From Desulfomonilia bacterium (GTDB taxonomy: Bacteria > Desulfobacterota > Desulfomonilia > UBA1062), in NCBI GenBank assembly GCA_963664325.2, contig CAXXDQ010000003.1:800001-864000 (forward strand): 64,000 nt of DNA. Direction: 5' to 3'. Below, one piece after another: positions 42,991 through 51,691 of the stretch. The translations under genes and the position numbers were made by a program. The notes below the pieces were generated by a model that saw only the letters and a program-made list of their open reading frames with translations, was not told where the DNA came from and ran no database searches. Position 1 is the stretch's first letter. Every line of letters begins with the position of its first letter.

Positions 42991-43924
42991 GACGGGACAT
43001 AATCTCCCTGATCTTTTTTGACATCTCTGCGTCACCGGCCAGCCTCTCCTCAAACCGTGAACATGTTTTGCTTATTGCAGTGAAATGCATCCCCCCGAAG
43101 AGTTCTCCAATCTCCCTGTTGCCCAAACCGGAGTATCTCTTCATTAAATATATCGCTGCATTTCTCTGCGGGCCTTTCTTGAAAAGCTCTTCCCTCGAAA
43201 TTTTGAATGCCTCACAGCAAATTTTTATTATTGTCCCGGGTTCCGTTTCCGCGCCGAGCCTTTTCCTGTAATGTACTCCGTCGTTAGGACCTTTGCCGAT
43301 CAATTTCTTTACCTTACCTATAAACTCATCGGTCCCCAAAATAATCTGGCTGTGCAATTTATCAAAAAGCTTCCCCCCTTTTGTTTCTTTATCAACATAT
43401 TTTTTATACTTTCTCCGGGATGCCTTTTCTTCACCGAATATCCCCAGTATCCATGAATACTCGATCCAGGGTTTTGACCTGCCTGCCTTGATGTAACCGG
43501 CATAACTGCTCCATATATATTCTTCCGGTTTTTCCGTCATGCCCGCCCTTACCGGATTAAGATGAACATATCTGCTGAGTTCAAGAAGATAGTTTTCCTT
43601 ATCCACGATTACAGCCTTGTATCTTCCCTGGAACAGGTGGCCTGAACGGTTGTACTTCCTATTGAAATATCCCGTGTATCCGCTGTTCAGACCGTGCATC
43701 ACCTTTAAAAGATTACCCTGCGGAGTCTCAATGACTATATGGTAGTGGTTGTCCATCAGGACATAGCAGTGGATCAATATGCCGAATCTGTCATGATAAT
43801 CAGCCAGCATATCAATAAACTTAAGCCGGTCTTTATCATCGAGAAAGATTTCCCTTCTCTCGTTGCCCCGGCTGATTATGTGATAAACAGCCCCGGGGTA
43901 CTCAATCCTCAATGGCCTTCCCAT
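42980..43924 (-). mobile_element. REP-associated tyrosine transposase (RAYT, Y1 HUH) with C-terminal DnaA-like HTH
   Basis: MGRPLRIEYPGAVYHIISRGNER, HUH motif LMDNHYHIV, GHLFQGRYKA, YVHLNPVRAG, WSSY; C-terminal EIGELFGGMHFTAIS. Confidence 0.9.
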
Positions 43925-43954
43925 GCAAAATCCAATACCCGTCAAAATCTCATT

Positions 43955-43978
43955 TGTCAAGCTTCAAGGCCTGACACC
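43955..43978 (+). repeat. Terminal motif upstream of the RAYT
   Basis: TGTCAAGCTTCAAGGCCTGACACC, identical to 44630-44653 and inverted relative to 42976-42999 and 44482-44505. Confidence 0.85.
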
Positions 43979-44018
43979 ATCTTGGAACGTCCCTTAGGAT
44001 TCTCTCTTCCTTCATTTT

Positions 44019-44231
44019 TCATCGACCATAATTTATTATAATAAATAGAGCTATACCAATAACACTGATAATTCCTAAAATTATTAGCCCCATAGACAGT
44101 GTATAATCTGCATCATTGAGTTCAGGGTTGGAATATTTTTTCTTGTTTTTTATATCATGCCATCCCCATACAATCATAAGGACTGCCAATACCAAGGTAA
44201 TTGAAAGATAAATTATATTATCTTTGCTCAT
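44019..44231 (-). CDS. Small two-TM protein (immunity-like cargo)
   Basis: 70 aa, two hydrophobic helices, AT-rich, GAGA RBS, directly follows the truncated ORF. Confidence 0.55.
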   Translation of the reverse strand: MSKDNIIYLSITLVLAVLMIVWGWHDIKNKKKYSNPELNDADYTLSMGLIILGIISVIGIALFIIINYGR

Positions 44232-44241
44232 CTCATTCTCT

Positions 44242-44481
44242 CTAATTATTGTCCGTAGCTTTAAATGGAATTGATACTAATCCCTCAATACCAGGTTCGA
44301 GTTGAAAGGAACTTCGACCAATATCATTTGTAACATACCACCCCTTCTTTACAGTGGTTGTTGTGACTAGAGAACGATATCGCAAAGATTTTACACAATA
44401 ACTTGTTTCTACCAAACCTGCCGCTTTTACAGCTAATTTACCTCCCACTATACCTGCTCCAGCTTCAATTAATGACAAAAA
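44242..44481 (-). pseudogene. 5'-truncated gene fragment (possible polymorphic toxin C-terminus)
   Basis: Open frame runs from the repeat boundary without its own ATG/RBS: FLSLIEAGAGIVGGKLAVKAAGLVE...KATDNN; toxin identity is inference. Confidence 0.4.
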
Positions 44482-44653
44482 GGTGTCAGGCCTTGAACCA
44501 TGACAAATCACATTCACACTCAGTCTCTTTTCACTCGTTGCCTCGGCTGATTATGTGATAAACTGTGCCTGGATACTCAATCCTTAATGGTCTTCCCATA
44601 CGAAATCTAATACCCGCTAAAATCTCATTTGTCAAGCTTCAAGGCCTGACACC
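44482..44653. mobile_element. Miniature non-autonomous derivative of the RAYT element (172 bp)
   Basis: Perfect terminal inverted repeats GGTGTCAGGCCTTGA / TCAAGGCCTGACACC; 44535-44653 is a diverged copy of 43860-43978 (RAYT upstream region and first ~20 codons, ATG retained). Confidence 0.8.
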
Positions 44654-44732
44654 TTTGGGATCGGGAAATTGATTTGTGAAACAGGGGACAACAGTTAATC
44701 TTTTTAATTTGTTCTGACCGATTAATGTCTGC

Positions 44733-45206
44733 TTATTTGCGCCTGTAAGGTCCGCTCTTGCCGCCTGATTTTTCCATTAGGCGAATATCCGTGATTGTCA
44801 TGGATTTATCTATGGCCTTGGCCATGTCGTATATCGTTATGAGTGCTATACTGACGGCGTGTATTGCCTCCATCTCGACACCTGTTTTGCCTGAAACGTT
44901 CACTATGGCCTCGGCTTCGATGGAATTTGTATCCTCATCAGGGAAAAAATCTATCGATACCTTTTCGATTTGAAGGGGATGGCAAAGAGGAATTACAGAT
45001 GAGGTGTTTTTTGCAGCCATGACACCGGCGATTTTTGCAGTTGCAAGGACATTCCCCTTGGAAACGCTGCCCGCCGTGATAGCCTGGAAGGCCTCCCTGC
45101 TCATTGAAATTTTACCGCGGGCCGCGGCGATGCGCTTTGTCGGGTCTTTTTTACCGACGTCCACCATATTGATGTCGCCGTTTCTGTCTATATGCGTAAG
45201 CGGCAA
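44733..45206 (-). CDS. moaC: Cyclic pyranopterin monophosphate synthase
   Basis: LTHID..MVDV, IPLCHP, KTGVEMEA, IYDMAKA, KSGGKSG. Confidence 0.95.
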   Translation of the reverse strand: MPLTHIDRNGDINMVDVGKKDPTKRIAAARGKISMSREAFQAITAGSVSKGNVLATAKIAGVMAAKNTSSVIPLCHPLQIEKVSIDFFPDEDTNSIEAEAIVNVSGKTGVEMEAIHAVSIALITIYDMAKAIDKSMTITDIRLMEKSGGKSGPYRRK

Positions 45207-45217
45207 CCTGCTGTTAC

Positions 45218-45496
45218 CTATTCCGGGTCGGAAGATGATGAAGTTGTCGGCTTTGTTTCGCTTGCGGGTGTTGTCGGAGTGCTTTCCTTTTTTTCCGGAG
45301 ACGGATTGCTTGAGTTCTTCTTGGCATAGTCAGTCATGTACCAGCCTGAACCCTTCAAATGGAACGACGTGTTTGACATCTTCTTTTTTACCTTGCCTCC
45401 GCATGCGGGGCAGGCCTTTATCGGCGCATCGGAAAATTTCTGCATGGCCTCGAAGTCGTTGCTGCATTTCAGGCATTTATACTCATAGATAGGCAT
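45218..45496 (-). CDS. FmdB-family zinc ribbon protein
   Basis: [26 protein letters not shown]. Confidence 0.9.
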   Translation of the reverse strand: MPIYEYKCLKCSNDFEAMQKFSDAPIKACPACGGKVKKKMSNTSFHLKGSGWYMTDYAKKNSSNPSPEKKESTPTTPASETKPTTSSSSDPE

Positions 45497-46004
45497 CGAA
45501 GCTTCCTCCTGTTTCAAATATTGTGCGGTGATTATATAGTGGCGGCGGGGTCAGTTTGTCAAGCAGCCTGAAAACCTTTTCCCTTCCGGCAGGCGGGGTT
45601 TTTGCCAGAAACAGGCGCGTAAGGTTGTCGACCACGATCTCCTCGTCATAACAGACCTTCTCGAAATCGGCCTCGCCTCTTGAAAAACGGTGTATATGAA
45701 CAAGTTCATGCATCATGACGAATACAAAAAAAGTGAGCATGTCTATATCCGTATTTTTTTCAAGGAATTTCATGATGTCTTCATCATTGAGGCTGATTCT
45801 GTAATGGAGAACCTTGTTGCCGGACTCGCAACGAAGAAGCCTTGCAAAGGCATCAGTTATGCCTGCATTCTCATTCCCGTCGGCCGAAGTCGAGACATCA
45901 TACCTGTTTTTGAAATCCGTCCTGGTATTATGAAAAACTATCCTGTCGGCCATATCGGAACCGACCCTCAAAACATTTCTATGGAAAGGATTAAACTGTC
46001 CCAT
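45483..46004 (-). CDS. Hypothetical protein with HExxH motif
   Basis: HELVHIHRF followed by DEE; co-oriented between aroF and the FmdB gene. Confidence 0.6.
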   Translation of the reverse strand: MGQFNPFHRNVLRVGSDMADRIVFHNTRTDFKNRYDVSTSADGNENAGITDAFARLLRCESGNKVLHYRISLNDEDIMKFLEKNTDIDMLTFFVFVMMHELVHIHRFSRGEADFEKVCYDEEIVVDNLTRLFLAKTPPAGREKVFRLLDKLTPPPLYNHRTIFETGGSFDAYL

Positions 46005-46057
46005 AACTGTAATAATATAGTCTCCTGTTCATTAAATCAAGTCAGGGCCGAAATGTT

Positions 46058-46939
46058 TCAGATATCCCGGCCCATGACCTTCGCCATCTGCCTGATCCCT
46101 TTCATCAGTGTTTCGAATTCTGCGGGTCGAAGAGATTGCGGACCGTCCGAAAGAGCCTTGTCAGGATCGGGATGTATCTCTATCATCAGCCCGTCGGCAC
46201 CTGCGGCAATTGCCGCATATGCCATGGGCCCCACATACCTTGCATGACCTGTTGCATGAGACGGATCAACTATAACCGGCAGGTGGGTCCTTTCCTTGAG
46301 TACCGGGATGGCGCTCAGATCAAGTGTGTTGCGGGTTGCGGTTTCGAATGTCCTGATGCCGCGTTCGCACAGGATCACCTGATCGTTGCCGCCGGCAAGC
46401 ACATACTCGGCCGACATGAGCAGCTCATCAATGGTTGATGCAAGGCCTCGCTTTATCAGGACCGGTTTTTTTATCTTGCCGACCTCTTTCAGGAGCGCGA
46501 AATTCTGGATGTTCCTGGCCCCTATCTGCAGGCAGTCGGCGTATTCTGATACCATGCCGATATGCTCTATGTCCATTACCTCTGTCACGACAGGTGTTCT
46601 GTATTTGTTCCTTGCGGAAAAAAGAAGCCTGAGGCCTTCCTCCTCCAGTCCCTGGAACGCATACGGTGATGTCCTGGGTTTGAATGCGCCGCCCCTTAGA
46701 ACATGGGCCCCGCAGGTTTTTATCGACAGGCAGACCTCGTCTATCTGCCCGGGCGATTCCACAGCGCAGGGTCCGGCCATTATTACTATTTTTTTGCCGC
46801 CGACCGTCACCCCGAACCCCAGCTCCACATGTGTCGTTTCATTCCTGCTTTCTATCGAGGCTAGTCTGTAAGGATGAGTTTGAACGGCCTGGGACAACAG
46901 GGTGTTTCCAGGTGTTTCTTTTCTCAAGGGTAGAATCAT
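46058..46939 (-). CDS. aroF: DAHP synthase type I-beta
   Basis: [52 protein letters not shown]; GGAGG RBS. Confidence 0.95.
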   Translation of the reverse strand: MILPLRKETPGNTLLSQAVQTHPYRLASIESRNETTHVELGFGVTVGGKKIVIMAGPCAVESPGQIDEVCLSIKTCGAHVLRGGAFKPRTSPYAFQGLEEEGLRLLFSARNKYRTPVVTEVMDIEHIGMVSEYADCLQIGARNIQNFALLKEVGKIKKPVLIKRGLASTIDELLMSAEYVLAGGNDQVILCERGIRTFETATRNTLDLSAIPVLKERTHLPVIVDPSHATGHARYVGPMAYAAIAAGADGLMIEIHPDPDKALSDGPQSLRPAEFETLMKGIRQMAKVMGRDI

Positions 46940-46991
46940 ACGGCCTCCGTCATTTTTAGCCGCCCGGCCTGTCCCCCTTGTATCCGGCCTG

Positions 46992-47033
46992 AAATAGAAA
47001 AGGCCGCGGGGGCTTGAGCCTCCCGCGGCCTTT
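46992..47033 (-). terminator. Attenuator terminator in the aroF leader
   Basis: Minus strand AAAGGCCGCGGGAGGCTCAAGCCCCCGCGGCCTTTTCTATTT: GC-rich stem plus U-tract, about 50 bp before the aroF ATG. Confidence 0.85.
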
Positions 47034-47055
47034 GTGTTCTTTCTTGAGGAACACC

Positions 47056-47130
47056 TCAGCCCACAGGCGGCTCCTGGATAAAATACCAGAAATAAAAGCT
47101 AAAAAACCTGTTTGCTGTAATGTTCATCAT
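47056..47130 (-). CDS. Aromatic-rich attenuator leader peptide MMNITANRFFSFYFWYFIQEPPVG
   Basis: Hand translation; TAAGGA RBS; 8 of 9 consecutive codons are Phe/Tyr/Trp; stop lies just upstream of the terminator. Confidence 0.85.
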   Translation of the reverse strand: MMNITANRFFSFYFWYFIQEPPVG

Positions 47131-47550
47131 TTAATCCTTATATCCCATATTCAGATAATGAGCAACAGGGATGTTTTATTTGATGACGAGCTCTTTGAAC
47201 AATAATGGATATTCGCGGATTGCGAACATCGAAATTGAGAAGATGTAATAAATTTACCTTGAGGTGAATGCTGCAGTTGACATTGACAATATGGTCTATC
47301 ATTATAAATATAGTTGATATGGGTTTATTATTATAAAAGGAATATATGGTTTTTTTGATATCAGACCTTCATTCTCGGTGTTGCCTGACTTAAAGGCATT
47401 AAGACACACTATTCAGGTTAAGTTGAGATTATCGATATAAGAAACCTCGAACATTGAGGGTAATAAGAACTTCATATTGTATTGAACAGGCAGGATATTG
47501 AGGACTTTCTGATACTGCCTTATATATTTGATGTAAAAGAGGAGGAGATA

Positions 47551-48693
47551 ATGAAAAGATTGATGTCATTGTACTGTCTGCTGGCAGCAACAGCCATGGC
47601 CATAGGGTTATCGGGATGTATAATCGTTTCGGCCTCTCCGGATCCCAAAACGATCGTGGAGATGAAACCTGGTGAGAAAAAAATCTTCAAGGTGGTGGGA
47701 CCGGTGAATACTCCCATCACTAAGTGCAAGTGGTCCGTGCAGAGGATGGGTGTGGATGACTTTGCAGTGTCGGTTCTGGAAGGAGCGAATGAATTCATGT
47801 TTGAAGCCGATCCCAAAGGCGATAAAACCAATCGTATCCTTATTATATGCAGTGTCTATTCTTATGGATTATATGAAGAATGTAGGGAAGCGTGTTTGCC
47901 TGTTCTCGGCTGGAATTGTACAGGCGAAAGAAAATGGGAAGTTAGAATACGCCAGGACAACTCTCCCATCTGGCAGGGGAATTATTATATCCGCGATAAC
48001 AAAGACATACAGTTGCTGAACGGATACACGGCAGTTGCGGGTAATGTAGAGATCGGCAGTATAACTCAATTGCCTCTATACAGTGATATAAAAAACCTGG
48101 AAGGTCTGAATTCACTCAATACGATTGAAGGGGACCTGATAATCTTTAACAATGAAAATTTGGCAAGCCTCTCAGGCCTTCAGAATCTCAACACAGTGGG
48201 AGGAGGTCTGTATATCATATCCAACTATGCGCTCACAAACCTATCGGGTCTGAGAAATCTCTCAGAAATCGGAGCCGGCCTCAATATTATGTACAATAGT
48301 ATCCTCACGGACCTGTCGGGCCTTAACAATATCACAAGGATCGGAGATCAGCTTCACATTTGCTACAACGGCTCCCTCGCAAGCCTGTCAGGTCTGAACA
48401 GTATCACCGAGATTGCAGGCGGCCTCCAAATTTTGAGCAACATTGAACTTAAGTGTCTGTCTGACCTGGGCAACCTGACTACGATAGGGGCTGATATCGA
48501 TATCACTGGTAACGCAGCCCTTACAAGCCTCGGGCTTGTGGCGTTACGCTCTGTTGGCGGTTTGTTTAAAATCAGTTGCAATAACGAACTATGCAACGGA
48601 CTGGTCGAAGGTTTGCGGGATCAGGTTGAAAACTTGGATGGGATAAAGGGGGAGATTTACATTTATCTAAACAGGGACTGCACAACACCCTGA
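47551..48693 (+). CDS. Lipoprotein with receptor-L-domain/LRR-like repeats, paralog 1
   Basis: GGAGGAG RBS, LSGC lipobox, ~25-aa repeats LxGLxNLxxIGGxLxIxxNxxL, C-terminal two-Cys cap. Confidence 0.8.
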   Translation: MKRLMSLYCLLAATAMAIGLSGCIIVSASPDPKTIVEMKPGEKKIFKVVGPVNTPITKCKWSVQRMGVDDFAVSVLEGANEFMFEADPKGDKTNRILIICSVYSYGLYEECREACLPVLGWNCTGERKWEVRIRQDNSPIWQGNYYIRDNKDIQLLNGYTAVAGNVEIGSITQLPLYSDIKNLEGLNSLNTIEGDLIIFNNENLASLSGLQNLNTVGGGLYIISNYALTNLSGLRNLSEIGAGLNIMYNSILTDLSGLNNITRIGDQLHICYNGSLASLSGLNSITEIAGGLQILSNIELKCLSDLGNLTTIGADIDITGNAALTSLGLVALRSVGGLFKISCNNELCNGLVEGLRDQVENLDGIKGEIYIYLNRDCTTP

Positions 48694-48711
48694 GGCTACA
48701 GGAAGACTTAT

Positions 48712-48747
48712 CACCGGCTCTAGGGTCTGATTCCCGGGCCGGTATTG
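48712..48747 (+). repeat. Intergenic hairpin duplicated at 49669-49703
   Basis: CACCGGCTCTAGGGTCTGATTCCCGGGCCGGTATTG versus CACCGGCTCCCGGGCCTGACCCGGGGCCGGTATTG. Confidence 0.7.
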
Positions 48748-48774
48748 AAAATCCATTTCTTGAGGGAGGTAAAA

Positions 48775-49650
48775 ATGAAGAGAGGCAGATTGATTGTTAT
48801 CGGATTGGTTGGATTGGTTCTGGCATTAGGTTTGTCCGGGTGTATTATCACTTCGGCATCACCTGACCCGAAGCAGATCGTCGAAATAAGGCCGGGTGAA
48901 AAAGTCATATTTAAGGTTGAGGGTCCGGTGAACACGCCCATCAGCAGATGTGTTTGGACCGTCGAGACATATTTAACCGCGCCTGAAGTTGTCAGCATAG
49001 GGAAGAATGAGTTTGAATTGAATTTCAATGCCGATTCTTGGATGTCAAACAAGAAAAATATAGTTACCTGTGAGTACCAAACCTATGTATGGGATCCGAT
49101 TGGTGTAGGAAATAGTACGATCTATATCAGTTTTGAATGTTTCTGGATAACAGTCAACTCCATATCCTGGGAGGTTAGTATAAACCCGGACAGCTCCACT
49201 GTGATGCCAGGTAATTATTATATTCAGAACATTTCTGACCTTCAGTCGCTGAGGGGATATACTACTGTTACAGGATCTTTAAAAATCATTCCAATTGATG
49301 TTAATGGCGACTTAACCAGCTTGTCCGGGCTTGAGAACATCACATCGATTGGCGGAAGTCTGATTATTTCGCATAATGACGCCTTAACAAACCTGTCCGG
49401 TCTTCAGAACCTTGCATCGGTTGGTGGAGACTTGGCAATCGGGGGGGGGAGGTCTGGGTATAATGGAAATGTCGCCTTAACGGAATTGGGAATGTCAGGC
49501 TTACAAAGGGTTAATGGGGAATTTTCAATATCTTATAACCCACTGCTTTGTACATCTTTAGCTGAGGAGCTTATGAACCAGGTTCTCGCAGGGGAAGGCA
49601 TCGGCGGCACCATCGATATTAGTGGAAACAAGGCTTGCACCATGCCCTGA
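48775..49650 (+). CDS. Lipoprotein with L-domain/LRR-like repeats, paralog 2
   Basis: GGGAGG RBS, LSGC lipobox, same N-domain (SASPDPK, GPVNTPI), fewer repeats. Confidence 0.8.
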   Translation: MKRGRLIVIGLVGLVLALGLSGCIITSASPDPKQIVEIRPGEKVIFKVEGPVNTPISRCVWTVETYLTAPEVVSIGKNEFELNFNADSWMSNKKNIVTCEYQTYVWDPIGVGNSTIYISFECFWITVNSISWEVSINPDSSTVMPGNYYIQNISDLQSLRGYTTVTGSLKIIPIDVNGDLTSLSGLENITSIGGSLIISHNDALTNLSGLQNLASVGGDLAIGGGRSGYNGNVALTELGMSGLQRVNGEFSISYNPLLCTSLAEELMNQVLAGEGIGGTIDISGNKACTMP

Positions 49651-49668
49651 GACGATCAAAAGATTGAG

Positions 49669-49703
49669 CACCGGCTCCCGGGCCTGACCCGGGGCCGGTA
49701 TTG
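49669..49703 (+). repeat. Second copy of the intergenic hairpin
   Basis: ACCGGCTCCCGGG-CCTGA-CCCGGGGCCGGT stem-loop. Confidence 0.7.
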
Positions 49704-49731
49704 TTTAATATGTATTTAAAAGGGGGAAAGA

Positions 49732-51126
49732 ATGAAAAGAAGAATGTTTCTGATCTTGTTGTTAGCGGGATTGGTTATAGCTGCAGGGCTATCTGGGTGC
49801 ATTTTCTCGACCTCTCCTGACTCCAGCAAGGGCATATTGATGAAGCCCGGAGAGACAAAGGTTTTCAAGGTCAACGGCGCGAACCTCAATTCGTCCGTGA
49901 CCCAGTGCAGCTGGTTTATCGACAGGAAGGACGGGAGTCCCAAAGAGGTCATCGAGAGAACAGACCATATAGAATTCACAGCCAATCCCGAAGGCGAAAA
50001 GTACAACAGGGTAGTAATCGAGTGTGCTTTTTACAGGTTGATGTGGGTCCCTCCCGAAGGCGGAGGCGGCGGAGGCTGGGTTTTCATAGAAACAAGCAGA
50101 AAGACATGGAACGTCTGTGTAGCCAGGAACACCGCCCCTGTATGGCAAGGCGATTTCTACTTGAGTAACAGTGCGGATATGCAGGCGCTGGATGGCTATT
50201 CTGAAATCACCGGCTCGGTGTATGTCATGGAAACAAAATTGAAAAGCCTGGAGGGATTGATTGCTCCCAGCAGGATTGATGGAAGCCTTGTAATAATTGA
50301 AAACCCTGTCTTGAAAAACCTTGCCGGTCTTGAAGGTCTTGCGTCAGTAGGAGAAGATCTGAGAATCAGCTCCAATGATTCTTTGAAGAGCCTTTCCGGT
50401 CTGGAAAATCTTTCATCTGTCGGCCGTTTTGCCAGAATCGAGTGGAATGACTCGCTGGAAAACGTGTCCGGCCTTGAAGGTCTGACGGTTGGCGATACGC
50501 TTTGGATCGAAGTAAACAATGACCTGAAAAGCCTTTCAGGCATGAAAAACGTCACGGCTTCTGATTTGTTTATTATGAATAATGACTCTTTAACAAGCCT
50601 TTCGGGTCTAGAGAACATAACCGCACGGTATATGTGGATATACAACAATCAGAGTATGGCGGACCTGTCCGGCGCAGCTAATGTCAAAGCCTGGCAACTC
50701 GACATCGACAACAACTACAGCCTGGCAAGCCTGTCCGGCATCGGGAATATTGAATTCGACTCGTTGAGCCTAAAGGAGAACCATAGTTTGACGAGCCTGT
50801 CCGGCCTTGAGTATCTGACATCCGCACCCGTAAGTATAACTATTGAAGACAATATGGCTTTGACAGATCTTTCCGGCCTCAGAAATCTGACCTTTGCCTG
50901 GTGCCTGGAGATAAGAGGAAATTCCTCCCTGGCGGCATTGGGGATGGACTCTCTTCAGAGAGTGGATTGTTTATTCGAGATAACTGACAACCCCAAGCTT
51001 TGCACATCACTGGCCGAGGCTTTCAGGGACCAGCTCCTTGCGAGGGGAGGCATCGGGGGAGGTGAAGGATGCTTCATATCACCCTTTGTAATAATTGATT
51101 CCAACAAGGACTGCAGCGGGTCTTGA
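49732..51126 (+). CDS. Lipoprotein with L-domain/LRR-like repeats, paralog 3
   Basis: LSGC lipobox, MKPGETKVFKV, most repeats of the three, C-terminal NPKLC..NKDC cap. Confidence 0.8.
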   Translation: MKRRMFLILLLAGLVIAAGLSGCIFSTSPDSSKGILMKPGETKVFKVNGANLNSSVTQCSWFIDRKDGSPKEVIERTDHIEFTANPEGEKYNRVVIECAFYRLMWVPPEGGGGGGWVFIETSRKTWNVCVARNTAPVWQGDFYLSNSADMQALDGYSEITGSVYVMETKLKSLEGLIAPSRIDGSLVIIENPVLKNLAGLEGLASVGEDLRISSNDSLKSLSGLENLSSVGRFARIEWNDSLENVSGLEGLTVGDTLWIEVNNDLKSLSGMKNVTASDLFIMNNDSLTSLSGLENITARYMWIYNNQSMADLSGAANVKAWQLDIDNNYSLASLSGIGNIEFDSLSLKENHSLTSLSGLEYLTSAPVSITIEDNMALTDLSGLRNLTFAWCLEIRGNSSLAALGMDSLQRVDCLFEITDNPKLCTSLAEAFRDQLLARGGIGGGEGCFISPFVIIDSNKDCSGS

Positions 51127-51163
51127 TGCAGGTATGAAGGGACTGTGATGATATCAGACCCGT

Positions 51164-51691
51164 TTATTTGATCGCGAATCTTATGATATTCCTTATGGAA
51201 TCAAATGCGATATCATCGGCGTTTATGCTTTGAGGAGCCATGAAGACGATATCTTCAACATCATCGGCCGGTTCAATCTTTGAGATGTCATCTATGCTGC
51301 ATATGAACGCCAGGTCGATGGTGAAGTATGTAAGCCCGGAATAGACATATTGGTTCGGGAAGGAGCACAGGTACTTTGCGTCAGAAACGGCCACGCCGAG
51401 CTCCTCTCTGAGTTCCCTTTCCAAGGCCTCCTCGACGCTCTCGAACGGGTCAACGAATCCGCCGGGGAGGTCGAGCATGCCTTTCTTTGGGTCCTTGGCC
51501 CTTCTGGTAACAAGAAGTTTTCCTTCAGAATCAAGGATCAATGCACAGACTGCCGCGCATGCGTTGCTGAAGAAATGCATGCCGCAGTCTCTGCAAATAA
51601 AAGAAAAATCATGCTGAGGTACGAAAGGCCCGGAGCACCTGGGACAGAACTTCAATATCTTTTCCGGATAGGTATCTGTTTCCGGCATCAA
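51164..51691 (-). CDS. NUDIX hydrolase with N-terminal zinc ribbon
   Basis: CPRC..CRDC and Nudix box [23 protein letters not shown]. Confidence 0.9.
   Translation of the reverse strand: MMPETDTYPEKILKFCPRCSGPFVPQHDFSFICRDCGMHFFSNACAAVCALILDSEGKLLVTRRAKDPKKGMLDLPGGFVDPFESVEEALERELREELGVAVSDAKYLCSFPNQYVYSGLTYFTIDLAFICSIDDISKIEPADDVEDIVFMAPQSINADDIAFDSIRNIIRFAIK

Noticed and set aside
42932-44653. CRISPR array or integron attC array
   Set aside because: Repeats alternate in orientation, spacing is irregular (about 20 to 960 bp between copies), and there is no cas or integrase gene
47551-51126. Diversity-generating retroelement targets
   Set aside because: No reverse transcriptase and no TR/VR pair differing only at adenines was seen
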